64,000 nucleotides of DNA, from sequence record NC_070967.1, one strand, 5' to 3'. Positions 46,411 through 56,186 of the stretch are shown in pieces. The stretch's first letter is position 1. Each line of letters begins with the position of its first letter. The position numbers and the translations under genes are program-made. Under the pieces are notes generated by a model that was not told where the DNA came from, searched no databases, and saw only the letters and a program-made list of their open reading frames with translations.

Positions 46411-46991
46411 ATCTAATATTCTTAGATTTCGATGGAGTTCTGAATTCTCAGGACTCCTATCTTGTCCGCCACCATTTATGGAATAGTAGTCAACGAGTAG
46501 AATCGATAGCTTGTCCAGATATTACTTCTGTCAGACTTGTAGAGATCCTAGTTGATGCTATTGATGCAAGAATCGTAATTTCGTCATCCTGGAGGAGTGG
46601 AACATCGATTGAAGATCTAAGATTAATTCTTAGAAATGAGTTCTCATTTAATTACTCAAATAAAGTGATTGGTAAGACTAGACCTCATTTCTACGACAAA
46701 CCTAATGAGATCAGAGGTGACCAGATTCAGCACTGGATGAAAATGTATGAGTCTGGAAATTTCATCTTAGATCTTATTGATCTTGATAATAATTATCTAT
46801 ATAATGATAATAAGAATTATAATAATATAGATAATTATATTATTCTTGACGACGATTCAGATATGCTTGAATGTCAGATGGATCACTTTGTAAGAACTGA
46901 TTTTACATCAGGATTCAATTTCAAGTCTCTACAAGCTGGATTACGGATTGTAGGGATGTCTGAACAGGACTTATTCAAGTCAGCGAAGTAG
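46407..46991 (+). CDS. HAD-superfamily protein, Swiss-Army-Knife RNA-repair type
   Basis: FLDFDGVL, ISSSWR, RGDQI..W, YIILDD. Confidence 0.85.
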   Translation: MNLIFLDFDGVLNSQDSYLVRHHLWNSSQRVESIACPDITSVRLVEILVDAIDARIVISSSWRSGTSIEDLRLILRNEFSFNYSNKVIGKTRPHFYDKPNEIRGDQIQHWMKMYESGNFILDLIDLDNNYLYNDNKNYNNIDNYIILDDDSDMLECQMDHFVRTDFTSGFNFKSLQAGLRIVGMSEQDLFKSAK

Positions 46992-47009
46992 AGGCCGGAG
47001 AGCCTTCCT
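46983..47009 (+). promoter_or_regulatory. Bipartite motif copy (GCGAA-N13-AGCCTTCCT)
   Basis: Exact consensus heading the unit that contains the topoisomerase genes. Confidence 0.65.
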
Positions 47010-47022
47010 TGTTAGACGTCAA

Positions 47023-47346
47023 TTGGTGATGAATATGAAAATAAAGCGTATATTTAGATCATTATTCTTTAGACGTAAGCATGTGATTGATAAATTAGTT
47101 CTCATCGGTAGAGCATCTGATTATGTAAGTGATCCTTTTATGGTTGGATCATATGCATGGAAGTCACTCTATGGTACCTACAAGTTACAAGTTGATTCTG
47201 TTGATGTAGCACAAGACAAAGTTGTCTTTTATTCATACTACATTGATCCTCATGGTAGCGAATTCATTCAAGGTAACTATCGAGTAACAACAATCACTGA
47301 AATCGTTCGAAGAGTTAGAAGTTTAAGATTGTTGGTAGATATCTAA
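47023..47346 (+). CDS. Hypothetical protein
   Basis: Packed ORF; start uncertain. Confidence 0.55.
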   Translation: MVMNMKIKRIFRSLFFRRKHVIDKLVLIGRASDYVSDPFMVGSYAWKSLYGTYKLQVDSVDVAQDKVVFYSYYIDPHGSEFIQGNYRVTTITEIVRRVRSLRLLVDI

Positions 47347-47534
47347 TGAATCCTTTTATAAAAGTAGAAACTGTCGATTGTAATTGTGACAAGATTATGT
47401 ACCTTGTTCAAATATCAGACGGTCAAGAAGTGCATGAAGTACAGATTGAATCTCCTGATTTAATCCCTGTACTAGGTCGTGGTATTGAGTTATTGAATGC
47501 GGCTAGACGTGCAGAGAGTAATGCTAAGACATGA
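47346..47534 (+). CDS. Hypothetical protein
   Basis: TAATG overlap. Confidence 0.55.
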   Translation: MNPFIKVETVDCNCDKIMYLVQISDGQEVHEVQIESPDLIPVLGRGIELLNAARRAESNAKT

Positions 47535-47549
47535 CAAAGGAGATACGAA

Positions 47550-47750
47550 ATGTCGAGCACCAGAGCTAAGAAAGAAGACTTGACTCCAGAGCAAATCATG
47601 GAGCTAAAGGAGACTCACGTTATCCTTCACGAGGATGATGTTTATATCGAGTTCGTTCCCAATATTGTGGAAACGATTATGCTCGATAAGTTTTTCAGTG
47701 CAATCAACCCAGAAGAAGAGAATAATGGCGACAACAACCTCACAACCTAG
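47550..47750 (+). CDS. Hypothetical protein
   Basis: AAGGAG RBS. Confidence 0.55.
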   Translation: MSSTRAKKEDLTPEQIMELKETHVILHEDDVYIEFVPNIVETIMLDKFFSAINPEEENNGDNNLTT

Positions 47751-49050
47751 TGCAGCTCCGATCGCACAGATTGAAGCTCGTAATCTTATCGAGGCTGATT
47801 ATCTCGAGTACGGTGCATATGTGAACACGACTCGATCTGTTCCAGGCTATGATGGTCTGAAGTCAGGTCAACGTCGTGTTCTCTTTGCATTAAGAGATGT
47901 AGATGATGGATCTGATGAAATTCCTTCTCTGGAAGTAGTTACTCAGACTCTGAAGAAGTACCATCCTCACGGTGATGCCTCTATCTACGATACGATGTGT
48001 CGACATATCCACAAGGGATTTATCGAAGGTCGTAGTAACTTTGGTACCAATCACTTGATGGAAGAAATCGGTGCAGCCGCATACCGATATACCTATGTGA
48101 AGCCTCATAAGCAATTCACTGATGGTGCGTTTCGATTCATCGATCAGGTACCGACTGTTGAGAATGAATATGGTCTCAATGAACCTACGTATCTACCAGT
48201 ACCGATTCCTCTAGGACTAACAACTGGTGCAAAAGGTATCGGTATTGGTCTTCTCTGCAACATTCCTGCATTTTCTCCTAAGTCTCTTTTTGATGCACTT
48301 ATGGCAGATGATCCTTCTCGTCTGAAAGCACCTGCTGGTACTTTCATTGTAAGTGGCGATATGGATAAGCTCTGGAAGACAGGTGAAGGCTGGATCCAAT
48401 ATGGTCTCAAGTGCTATCAGACTTGGCATGATCTGGACGGTAAGACCGTATCAGTTATTGAAGGATCTGGTCGTATCTTCAAGCCTCGTATTTGGGATAC
48501 TTTCTCTACATTGATTGAAGATGAGAGTGTTTATACTCGAGACGAATCTGGTGAAAAGATCAAGATGATCATCACTCGAGTCAAGGGTCTTAAGCGTATT
48601 ACTGATGAACAAGTTCACCAGATGGCTCAGCAAGCAGCTGTCGAGAAGATGTTCTTCCGTATCTACGTTACTGAGAACAAGGTCGTTTATCGTAAGTCGA
48701 TGAAGGACTGGATGCAAGAATTGTGGGCTCGTTACGAGAAAGTAGTTGATACTTACAAGACCACTCAGGTTAACGATTTGAATCATCGAATCAGAATTCT
48801 GAATCTAATTCCTGTAGCAGCACCTGGCATTCTTCAGGATCTTCCGATCTCTGAAATTGCTAAGACAACTGGAGCTAGTGAGGCTGATCTTCGAGAAGTC
48901 GAAGGTAAGTCGATCAAAATGCTCCGTAAGTCAGACTTTGGTGCTCAGATTACTGATCTCAATAAGAAGATTACCAATGTCCAGAAGATCAGTGCTAAGG
49001 CTCTAGCAGTTGACTTCGTTGATATGCTTGAGAAGGCTCAGGCTATCTAA
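47725..49050 (+). CDS. Type IIA topoisomerase A subunit (GyrA/ParC/gp52-like, no CTD)
   Basis: DGLKSGQRR, KYHPHGDASIY, AAAYRYT catalytic Tyr. Confidence 0.92.
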   Translation: MATTTSQPSAAPIAQIEARNLIEADYLEYGAYVNTTRSVPGYDGLKSGQRRVLFALRDVDDGSDEIPSLEVVTQTLKKYHPHGDASIYDTMCRHIHKGFIEGRSNFGTNHLMEEIGAAAYRYTYVKPHKQFTDGAFRFIDQVPTVENEYGLNEPTYLPVPIPLGLTTGAKGIGIGLLCNIPAFSPKSLFDALMADDPSRLKAPAGTFIVSGDMDKLWKTGEGWIQYGLKCYQTWHDLDGKTVSVIEGSGRIFKPRIWDTFSTLIEDESVYTRDESGEKIKMIITRVKGLKRITDEQVHQMAQQAAVEKMFFRIYVTENKVVYRKSMKDWMQELWARYEKVVDTYKTTQVNDLNHRIRILNLIPVAAPGILQDLPISEIAKTTGASEADLREVEGKSIKMLRKSDFGAQITDLNKKITNVQKISAKALAVDFVDMLEKAQAI

Positions 49051-49076
49051 ACTCATTTATAAATCGAGGAGTCAAT

Positions 49077-51023
49077 ATGACTGAATCAATTTCGATTATG
49101 ACGCCACTCCAGCAGATGTTCCATCGTCGTGGTATGTACATCGGTGGCGCTGAGAATCCTGAAATCCTAGCTAAGGAACTTATCGATAACGCACTCGATG
49201 AACTCCTCTGCGGTTATGCCGATCGAATTGAATTCGATTGGGATCTCAAAGAAGGATGGTTCAGGATTCGAGATAATGGTAGAGGCATGCCTCTATCTCA
49301 GTTCCATACTGAAGATCAGGACATGTCTGGATTGAATGGAGCTATTCAGGCTCGTCTTCTCTTCACTCGACCATTCTCGTCTGGTAAGTACGACAAGAAT
49401 AACTACAAGTATTCGTCCGGTACGAATGGTGTAGGTATCAAGGCAGTCAACGTTTTCAGTACGAAGACTGAAGTACGTGTCAAGGATAAGAAGCTCGTTC
49501 ATAATGGCGATCTGTATCATCTCACTCTTGGATGGACTGAGCCAGAACGTGTCCAGACAATTGATGAGCAGTGGATTGATGCTAGCACGATTGAAGACTT
49601 CTGGTGGTCTACTGAAGTCAAATGCTATCCGAATATGGAAGTCTTTAAGACGATCAAGTGCAAGATTCGTGAGACTCAGCTTCAGCTAGCTAAGACTTCG
49701 AAGCCTACCTGTAAGATCGTTGTCAATGGTGAAGAGATCAAGCCATTCTCATTCCGTGAGAGTGTTACTAATGATCTCCTTCTGAATAAGACTTTCAAAG
49801 TCAATGTCACGGTTGGATATACCAACTTCGAGATTGAACTTGGATGGTCCTCTAAAGATTTCAATTCCTACTATCGTGGAGCAGTCAATCTTGGTTCATG
49901 TAATGAAGGTTGGCATATCAAGGAGACCAAGTATGCAGTAGGTCGAGTACTTGCTGGATATGATGATCTGTTGACTAACTCGGATGCCGAGTACGGTCTC
50001 CGTATGTTTATCAACTGCCTGATCTCTGAACCGATCTACACTTCTCAGACCAAGGAGAAGTTAGCTGGTGTGACTGACTTCGATGTATTCAATGAAGCAT
50101 TGATGCGTAAGAAGTATGCCGATCTTATCGAGAAGGATGAGAACGGTAGAGAGAATGTCGTCAAGGCTAAGGAAGCAGTCAAGAATGATCCTGAATTCCT
50201 GAAACCTGAGTTGCTCTATGCTGCTATTCAGAAAGCTGTCAAGAAAGAACTTGACCAGGATGAATCGTTCAAGACAGTTCTTGTTAAGAGAATTGTTGAG
50301 TACAAGAAATCTGTCCAGAAACTATCTGAGCAGAGCTTCATCAATTCTATCGTTAAGACTGGCAATCATAAGATCGCTAGAAATTCGGTAGTAGGTATCA
50401 AGGAAGCAGGGTCTGCTGATCGTGCTAAGTGCGAACTCTTCATCTGCGAAGGTAAGTCTGCAGAAGGTAATCTTCTTCAGAAGAGAGATCGTATGTTCCA
50501 GGCAGTCTTCCCTCTTCGTGGTAAGCCATTGAATGCTGCCAATGTGAGTGACATCAAACAGATTCTTGAGAATCGTGAGATGAAGACTCTGGTCAACGGT
50601 ATCGGTGCAGGTATTCTTCCTCAGGTCGATCTTACTCATGCTCGTTACGGTAAGTTGATCATCCTTACAGACGCTGACCCAGACGGTAAGAATATTGAAG
50701 CTCTCATTATCGGAGCTCTCTTGTTCTTGAATCCTAAGGTCATTGAAGCAGGTATGCTATATACAGTAGCTGCTCCTCTGTACAAGCAGGATGGTAAGCT
50801 TCTATATTCAGAGAAGGATCTGAATATGAAGAAGAAATTCAAGAGATTCAAAGGTCTCGGATCGATGATGGCTGATGAACTTGAAGCTAGTGCTCTGAAG
50901 TCAACTACACGTAAGCTACGTCAAATCACATTAACTGAAGCTCGTGAGAAAGCTCTCGAAATCATTACTTCTTCTCACGAGAAGAAGCGTATTATGACAA
51001 CCAATAAAATCCTAGTCGAGTAA
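49077..51023 (+). CDS. Type IIA topoisomerase B subunit (GyrB/ParE-like)
   Basis: ELIDNALDE, DNGRGMP, GTNGVG, EGKSA, PLRGK, TDADPDG, RFKGLG. Confidence 0.95.
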   Translation: MTESISIMTPLQQMFHRRGMYIGGAENPEILAKELIDNALDELLCGYADRIEFDWDLKEGWFRIRDNGRGMPLSQFHTEDQDMSGLNGAIQARLLFTRPFSSGKYDKNNYKYSSGTNGVGIKAVNVFSTKTEVRVKDKKLVHNGDLYHLTLGWTEPERVQTIDEQWIDASTIEDFWWSTEVKCYPNMEVFKTIKCKIRETQLQLAKTSKPTCKIVVNGEEIKPFSFRESVTNDLLLNKTFKVNVTVGYTNFEIELGWSSKDFNSYYRGAVNLGSCNEGWHIKETKYAVGRVLAGYDDLLTNSDAEYGLRMFINCLISEPIYTSQTKEKLAGVTDFDVFNEALMRKKYADLIEKDENGRENVVKAKEAVKNDPEFLKPELLYAAIQKAVKKELDQDESFKTVLVKRIVEYKKSVQKLSEQSFINSIVKTGNHKIARNSVVGIKEAGSADRAKCELFICEGKSAEGNLLQKRDRMFQAVFPLRGKPLNAANVSDIKQILENREMKTLVNGIGAGILPQVDLTHARYGKLIILTDADPDGKNIEALIIGALLFLNPKVIEAGMLYTVAAPLYKQDGKLLYSEKDLNMKKKFKRFKGLGSMMADELEASALKSTTRKLRQITLTEAREKALEIITSSHEKKRIMTTNKILVE

Positions 51024-51025
51024 CA

Positions 51026-51925
51026 ATGAACGATTTTAATGTAATCCTTACAGGTTCTGCTGGTTACATTGGAAGCATCGTTGGCGATCGTCTACTGAAA
51101 TCCAATTCGATTGATTTGGAGACAGTAGACGTCGTCTCTGACGTTCTTCCAGTAGATACTATCTTAACTGAAGTTGGTAATCTATCCAACAAGTCATCTG
51201 ATGTCCTTGTTCATCTTGCTGCAAAGATCTCAGTAGTCGAATCTCATAAGCAAGCTCGTCAGTACTACGAGAACAATTGTAGTCAATTCCATGAGATGTT
51301 GAATGATCGTGGTAACTATTTCAAGCATGTTATCTATGCATCCTCTTTCTCGATTTATGATTCTGATTTGAGTATCTATCCTCAGTCTGTCTATGCATCC
51401 ACCAAATACGAAGGTGAATGGATTCTCAAGAGATGGGCTCAGATGACGAATCGAGATTATTCAATCCTACGATTTGCCAATCCAATTGGCGTTAGTCAAT
51501 CACTTCACTCTCATATTGCAGACCGTATTCAATCGAGCTATGCTAATGTTATGTGGAGACTTGCTCGATGCAAATTACTAGGTGAGATGTTCTACATTCA
51601 TGATCTACCTGGTATGACACGTGATTTTTATCCCGTTGAATGGATTGGATACGCTATCGATTGGATCGCGAAGAATGGTCCCGTAGGTACTGTAAATCTA
51701 GGTAGTGGTAAGCCTGTATCGGTTATGGATCTTCTTCAGCATATCTGTGAGAAGTATAATATCAGTTACAAATATGTTCTACCACCTGAAGGTACTGCTC
51801 TAGGTATTACCAAGAAGGTTGATGTATTCAAAGAAGGTATTCCTGATTTTGATACATACGATCCAGTTGTATATTGTGAGAAGTCGTTTTTAGATTATCT
51901 ATCGTTGATTCAGAACGCGAACTAA
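51026..51925 (+). CDS. NAD-dependent epimerase/dehydratase (GalE-like extended SDR)
   Basis: TGSAGYIGS, HLAA, YASTK, LRFANPIG. Confidence 0.88.
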   Translation: MNDFNVILTGSAGYIGSIVGDRLLKSNSIDLETVDVVSDVLPVDTILTEVGNLSNKSSDVLVHLAAKISVVESHKQARQYYENNCSQFHEMLNDRGNYFKHVIYASSFSIYDSDLSIYPQSVYASTKYEGEWILKRWAQMTNRDYSILRFANPIGVSQSLHSHIADRIQSSYANVMWRLARCKLLGEMFYIHDLPGMTRDFYPVEWIGYAIDWIAKNGPVGTVNLGSGKPVSVMDLLQHICEKYNISYKYVLPPEGTALGITKKVDVFKEGIPDFDTYDPVVYCEKSFLDYLSLIQNAN

Positions 51926-51943
51926 CGCTAGATTAGCCTTCCT
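51917..51943 (+). promoter_or_regulatory. Bipartite motif copy (GCGAA-N13-AGCCTTCCT)
   Basis: Exact consensus heading the glycosyltransferase unit. Confidence 0.65.
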
Positions 51944-51970
51944 TCTCGTAGAATGAATAAGAGGATCACC

Positions 51971-52153
51971 ATGAAAGATCTACGTGAATTCAAATCTAAG
52001 CTTGATGCTAAGTTCGATACTCAGACATCTTGGGGTAAGAATCAGATCAAGCAAGTCATCAATGATACTTATATTGAAATCATTGAAAGTAAAGTAGAAG
52101 GTACTATCGAGCAGTCGACTCCTTCTAATCGTATCGACGAAGACTCTAAGTAA
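51971..52153 (+). CDS. Hypothetical protein
   Basis: GAGG RBS before ATG 51971. Confidence 0.6.
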   Translation: MKDLREFKSKLDAKFDTQTSWGKNQIKQVINDTYIEIIESKVEGTIEQSTPSNRIDEDSK

Positions 52154-52175
52154 TTTTCTAGTCAAGGTTAACAAT

Positions 52176-53363
52176 ATGAATTTTCTTTATATCACAAGAA
52201 GCATTGATCCGCTAGCTGCTGATCATCGTCCTGAAGCATATGATCGTTATCGATTCTATGCTCCGATGATGTCACGACTAGCTGAGATCGGTGGAGGTGA
52301 CGTCTACCTTCAGACTCGTTATAATCCTAAGGATTATCGTCCTGGTGGTACGATTGAAAGAATGGAAAGAAATTTCCGTCTTCCTAAGAAGTACAAGACT
52401 GGTGATAAGATTGATATGATCGTATGTGCCATCTTCTGCCCAGACGATGACATTACATTCAATGAGGATCTGAACAAGTTTCGTCAGACTCTTGAAGATA
52501 CAGGTGCTCCGTATATCTATCATGACTCTGACAAAGAATTCTCTACTCAGGACGATCAGCAAGATCTTTTCCATCCAGGAAATAAGAACTATTTCCTTCA
52601 GACAATATCTAAGCTTCCAGAGGATGATATTCTCCGATCCCGACTACGCTGCGTGGCTACGTCGGTTCCGGATGCAGATTATCATCAGATTCTGAAGGAT
52701 AATCTCAAGGTCGATGTAACGTATCTACCTGCTACGTTCTGGGGAGACTGGAAAGATAAGTTTGGATACACTCCTCTTTCAGATCGTAAGTACGATCTGA
52801 CATTCCTTCGTGACTTCTATCTGAATCCGAAGCGTTCAGTCATTTTGAAGAATCTTGGTACTGGTGTATCGGATATCAGTGTTCTTCTTGGATCTCGTAG
52901 TGGCGACCCTTCTAGTCGTGGAGGATACATCAGCCATAAGGTTCCGACGATTGATTTTGATCAGATGCGTCAAGGAGCTACGTACAATGATCTATCGAAG
53001 TACATGTCTAAGTCTCGTCTGACTCCGTCTACGAGTATTTATATGCGTGTCACTTCTAAGCTATTCGAAGCAGCTGAGAGTCGTACTCTAGCACTACTCT
53101 TCTCTCCGTGCTTCTATTCAGACGTAGTTGATCATCCTTCTGAGGCAGATGCTTATCTGAGTCAACTTGCTCTTGTAATTCCAGGATCCACTACTGTAAG
53201 TCAGTTGATTACACGTATTCGTAGTCTGACTGATGAAGAATACTTGAAGCTTGTTGAGGTTCAGGATAAGCTCGTTGAGACTGTATTCAGTATCAAATCT
53301 GATTACATCACAGGCAAGCTGACCAAGATCATCACGGATTATGTAGGTAATGTGAATGGCTAA
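52176..53363 (+). CDS. Putative GT-B glycosyltransferase (CgeB/T4 BGT-like C-terminal motif)
   Basis: YDLTFL...R...L and TSKLFEAA resemble the R.FEA/RVWET motifs; sugar-enzyme context. Confidence 0.45.
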   Translation: MNFLYITRSIDPLAADHRPEAYDRYRFYAPMMSRLAEIGGGDVYLQTRYNPKDYRPGGTIERMERNFRLPKKYKTGDKIDMIVCAIFCPDDDITFNEDLNKFRQTLEDTGAPYIYHDSDKEFSTQDDQQDLFHPGNKNYFLQTISKLPEDDILRSRLRCVATSVPDADYHQILKDNLKVDVTYLPATFWGDWKDKFGYTPLSDRKYDLTFLRDFYLNPKRSVILKNLGTGVSDISVLLGSRSGDPSSRGGYISHKVPTIDFDQMRQGATYNDLSKYMSKSRLTPSTSIYMRVTSKLFEAAESRTLALLFSPCFYSDVVDHPSEADAYLSQLALVIPGSTTVSQLITRIRSLTDEEYLKLVEVQDKLVETVFSIKSDYITGKLTKIITDYVGNVNG

Positions 53364-54234
53364 TGTTCTAGTTACTCTCATTACCAATCGACCAGATATT
53401 TCTTCGGAACGATGGATCGGTACCATCGGAAAGCTATCTAAGCTTTCCGAGTACCATGATATGACCTACTCGATTCTTCTACAACCTCCTTTTACAGTAG
53501 AAGACTGTGATAAAGTTCGTTCTCGAGTAGTTGAAGCACTCGGTCCTAAGAATCAGGTAGTCGTAGAGCATTTTATTAATCCTCCAGGTCCATTCAATTT
53601 TAGAACTGCTCGAAATCAGGCTATGTTGAATGTACCGTATCTGAATACTTTTGATTACGTTCTTATCACTGACGATGACTTCAAGTTCAGTGGTCCTACT
53701 CCTAAGGGATATGACTCATGGGAACGTTATCATCAGGCTATTAAGTATCTCGATGAGAACCGTCGATGTGGTGGTGTATTAATCAAAGGTATGTTTGGAT
53801 CTCCTCCAGTCGATAAGGGTGGAAATGAGGTATCAAAAGTACATGACGAGTACTACTCAACCAATCGAGGCATTCTTCATCGTAATGTGATGAAGTACGA
53901 TAACGTAGATTGGATCTACTCAAATGAATGCTTCGATTATCCTTCTGCTCTCGAGGATGCAGCAGCTTGTTTCTCTCGAATTGAGCTCGGCTACTATTAT
54001 GCTCGTATCTGGAAGTCACCCACCACACCTCTTCCTGTGAAGCAGACATGTGCTGATGACATCCCTGATGACAATATTTACTCGCGACATATGGTCAATG
54101 AAGTAGGTATTGGTAAAGCTATTCGTGAACGTTATGACGATCCTACATGGGAAGTCGATCAGAAGCGTATGCCTAAGAAACTCAACAATCTTAAACTCGA
54201 AGCCATGAACAATCGTGGATGGGTTGTAACCTAA
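53356..54234 (+). CDS. Putative GT-A glycosyltransferase
   Basis: TARNQAM...VLITDDDFKF (DxD), EDAA acceptor-side acidic motif. Confidence 0.55.
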   Translation: MANVLVTLITNRPDISSERWIGTIGKLSKLSEYHDMTYSILLQPPFTVEDCDKVRSRVVEALGPKNQVVVEHFINPPGPFNFRTARNQAMLNVPYLNTFDYVLITDDDFKFSGPTPKGYDSWERYHQAIKYLDENRRCGGVLIKGMFGSPPVDKGGNEVSKVHDEYYSTNRGILHRNVMKYDNVDWIYSNECFDYPSALEDAAACFSRIELGYYYARIWKSPTTPLPVKQTCADDIPDDNIYSRHMVNEVGIGKAIRERYDDPTWEVDQKRMPKKLNNLKLEAMNNRGWVVT

Positions 54235-54245
54235 GGAGTCTCGAC

Positions 54246-54485
54246 ATGAAACATCTTCTTGAGAAAGCAACGACTCTCATCAAGCAGTCTAATAAACTGA
54301 CTCTGGAATACCGTAAGTCTCCAGATGAATTGAAATCTAAGACTCAAGAGATCGTCAAGCACTTTCTCGAATTCAACGAGATCGAATCGAAAGAAGATTT
54401 CATTGATCAATTGTCGTCCAAATCTGAGGAGACAGGTAATATGGATTACCTGTCTGCAGCTGAGATTATCCGAGAGTACTCTTAA
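54246..54485 (+). CDS. Hypothetical protein
   Basis: AAGGAG RBS. Confidence 0.6.
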   Translation: MKHLLEKATTLIKQSNKLTLEYRKSPDELKSKTQEIVKHFLEFNEIESKEDFIDQLSSKSEETGNMDYLSAAEIIREYS

Positions 54486-54790
54486 TGTTTAAAATTACTG
54501 TAGAGTCGTCTCAACCTGTTAAGAGTATCAACATTGAGTTCGGTGAAACTCAGGAGACGAAGGCTGAATTCTATCCTGTACCGACCTTTGAGACTAGAGG
54601 TGTAGAAAGTCTTAAATACGAGACTCCTCCTTCATCTGAGTCATATGAAGACGTTCTAGCAAGACGAGCATCGACTGTATCGACTACTCCTGTAAAGCCT
54701 AAAGAGACTGAGACTGCTCCAGAAGTAGTCGAGGATCTCACTAATCGACCTGCACTTGTTGATCAATCCTTTGCAGGATCTACTTTCTAA
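54485..54790 (+). CDS. Hypothetical acidic, likely disordered protein upstream of the actin-like gene
   Basis: TAATG overlap; Glu/Thr/Pro-rich. Confidence 0.6.
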   Translation: MFKITVESSQPVKSINIEFGETQETKAEFYPVPTFETRGVESLKYETPPSSESYEDVLARRASTVSTTPVKPKETETAPEVVEDLTNRPALVDQSFAGSTF

Positions 54791-54798
54791 GAGGTAAT

Positions 54799-55764
54799 AT
54801 GAAAACTGTATTAGGTCTTGATCCTGGGTACGGAGACTTCAAGGTATGCTTCGGTAATTCTAAAGGGATTATCTCTAAGCTATACAAGTTCAACTCCGTA
54901 CTAGGTCGTGTTGATGTCAGTCAACATATCAACGATACTCGAGTTTATGGATATAAAGGTACGACCTACTATGTAGGTGAGATGGCCTTGAAACTTGAGT
55001 CATCTCGAATCATCGACTTGATGTCTTACAACAATCTGGAGACATTCTCTCCTCTCCTGATTGAACATGTCATCAATGAACTAGGAGAAGTTCCAGATAT
55101 CGTCGTATGTGGTCTTTCGATCGCTCACGTTGACTATTCAGGATACTATCGAGATGCGATTCTTAACTATCTTGTTAAGGAGAAGAATCTTCCAATCAAG
55201 GATGTCCGCATCATCCCACAAGGTGTAGGTGGTAAGTTAACGTATGACAAGTATGGTCGTACATTCCCTGCCCTCACATCAGAATTCAGTGATGACAACA
55301 ACTATGTAGGTTGTGATATTGGATTCAATACACTCGATGTATTCCATGTCATTCAGAACAAGGTATCTCCTAACTTGATTAGAGGTATTGAGAGTCAAGG
55401 TGTAGTCAAGATCGTAACTCGACTTCTTGAGTATATCAAGAATGACTACAGTCTGGAGTTCTCTGTTAAGGAAGGTAAGAACATCCTTGATAATGGTCAA
55501 TTTAAGATCCGTGGACGTGAATTTGATGTCACCAAACAGATTGAAGTGATCAAACGTTCTTATCTTGAAGAAGTCAAGGAACTCATCGAGAATGAATTCG
55601 GAGCAGTACTTGACAAGGTCGAGAAGATCAAGATGTTTGGAGGAGGTTCATATCTCTTCAATACGATGAATGACTCCTTCATCGAAACTCCAGAATCTCG
55701 TGCTGAATACTATAATTCCATCGGGAATTATCTACATGGCTTGACAATTGTCGAGAAAGATTAA
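54799..55764 (+). CDS. ParM/StbA-like actin-fold ATPase
   Basis: GLDPGYGDFK (phosphate 1), IPQGVG (connect 1), CDIGFNTLD (phosphate 2), FGGGS (adenosine), N..G (connect 2). Confidence 0.88.
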   Translation: MKTVLGLDPGYGDFKVCFGNSKGIISKLYKFNSVLGRVDVSQHINDTRVYGYKGTTYYVGEMALKLESSRIIDLMSYNNLETFSPLLIEHVINELGEVPDIVVCGLSIAHVDYSGYYRDAILNYLVKEKNLPIKDVRIIPQGVGGKLTYDKYGRTFPALTSEFSDDNNYVGCDIGFNTLDVFHVIQNKVSPNLIRGIESQGVVKIVTRLLEYIKNDYSLEFSVKEGKNILDNGQFKIRGREFDVTKQIEVIKRSYLEEVKELIENEFGAVLDKVEKIKMFGGGSYLFNTMNDSFIETPESRAEYYNSIGNYLHGLTIVEKD

Positions 55765-55768
55765 TCTT

Positions 55769-55807
55769 AAGGTCTACTAGAAGAGATTCTAGTAGACCTT
55801 TTCTTTT
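55769..55807 (+). terminator. Intrinsic terminator
   Basis: AAGGTCTACTAGAA / TTCTAGTAGACCTT perfect 14-bp stem, then TTCTTTT. Confidence 0.85.
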
Positions 55808-55817
55808 TGAGGATAAA

Positions 55818-56177
55818 ATGCTCAAATTAGATAGAAGTGTCAAAGAGTCTGAGTGTCTACACTACGAATTTGATATTAATGGTGGTTATAGCATTACACT
55901 AAAAATCGTCTTTGATGATACTGAAGAGAATGCGATTCACTTTGATTCTCATGATCACGATGTTCAGATTAATGGATTTAAATATTATATTTTAGACTCA
56001 GATACATACAGTAATGGGACATCAATGAGGATTATGAAGATATCGTCTACAAATGATGATAGTGCTAAATACCTGATGTCTTATATTGAAGGTTTTATAA
56101 TCAAAAATAAATTAGGAAACTCTAGCGGACTTCGATATAGATCTTATATACGATCAGATCAACATTCACTCAAGTGA
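55818..56177 (+). CDS. Hypothetical protein
   Basis: GAGG RBS. Confidence 0.6.
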   Translation: MLKLDRSVKESECLHYEFDINGGYSITLKIVFDDTEENAIHFDSHDHDVQINGFKYYILDSDTYSNGTSMRIMKISSTNDDSAKYLMSYIEGFIIKNKLGNSSGLRYRSYIRSDQHSLK

Positions 56178-56186
56178 GGACAGAAG

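Noticed and set aside
16765-51023. Inteins or group I introns in RNR, helicase or topoisomerase genes
   Set aside because: The proteins are of normal or short length with contiguous motifs; no intein splice motifs were seen
54700-55820. parC-like centromere repeats next to the ParM-like gene
   Set aside because: No iterated direct repeats flank the gene; only a terminator palindrome is present
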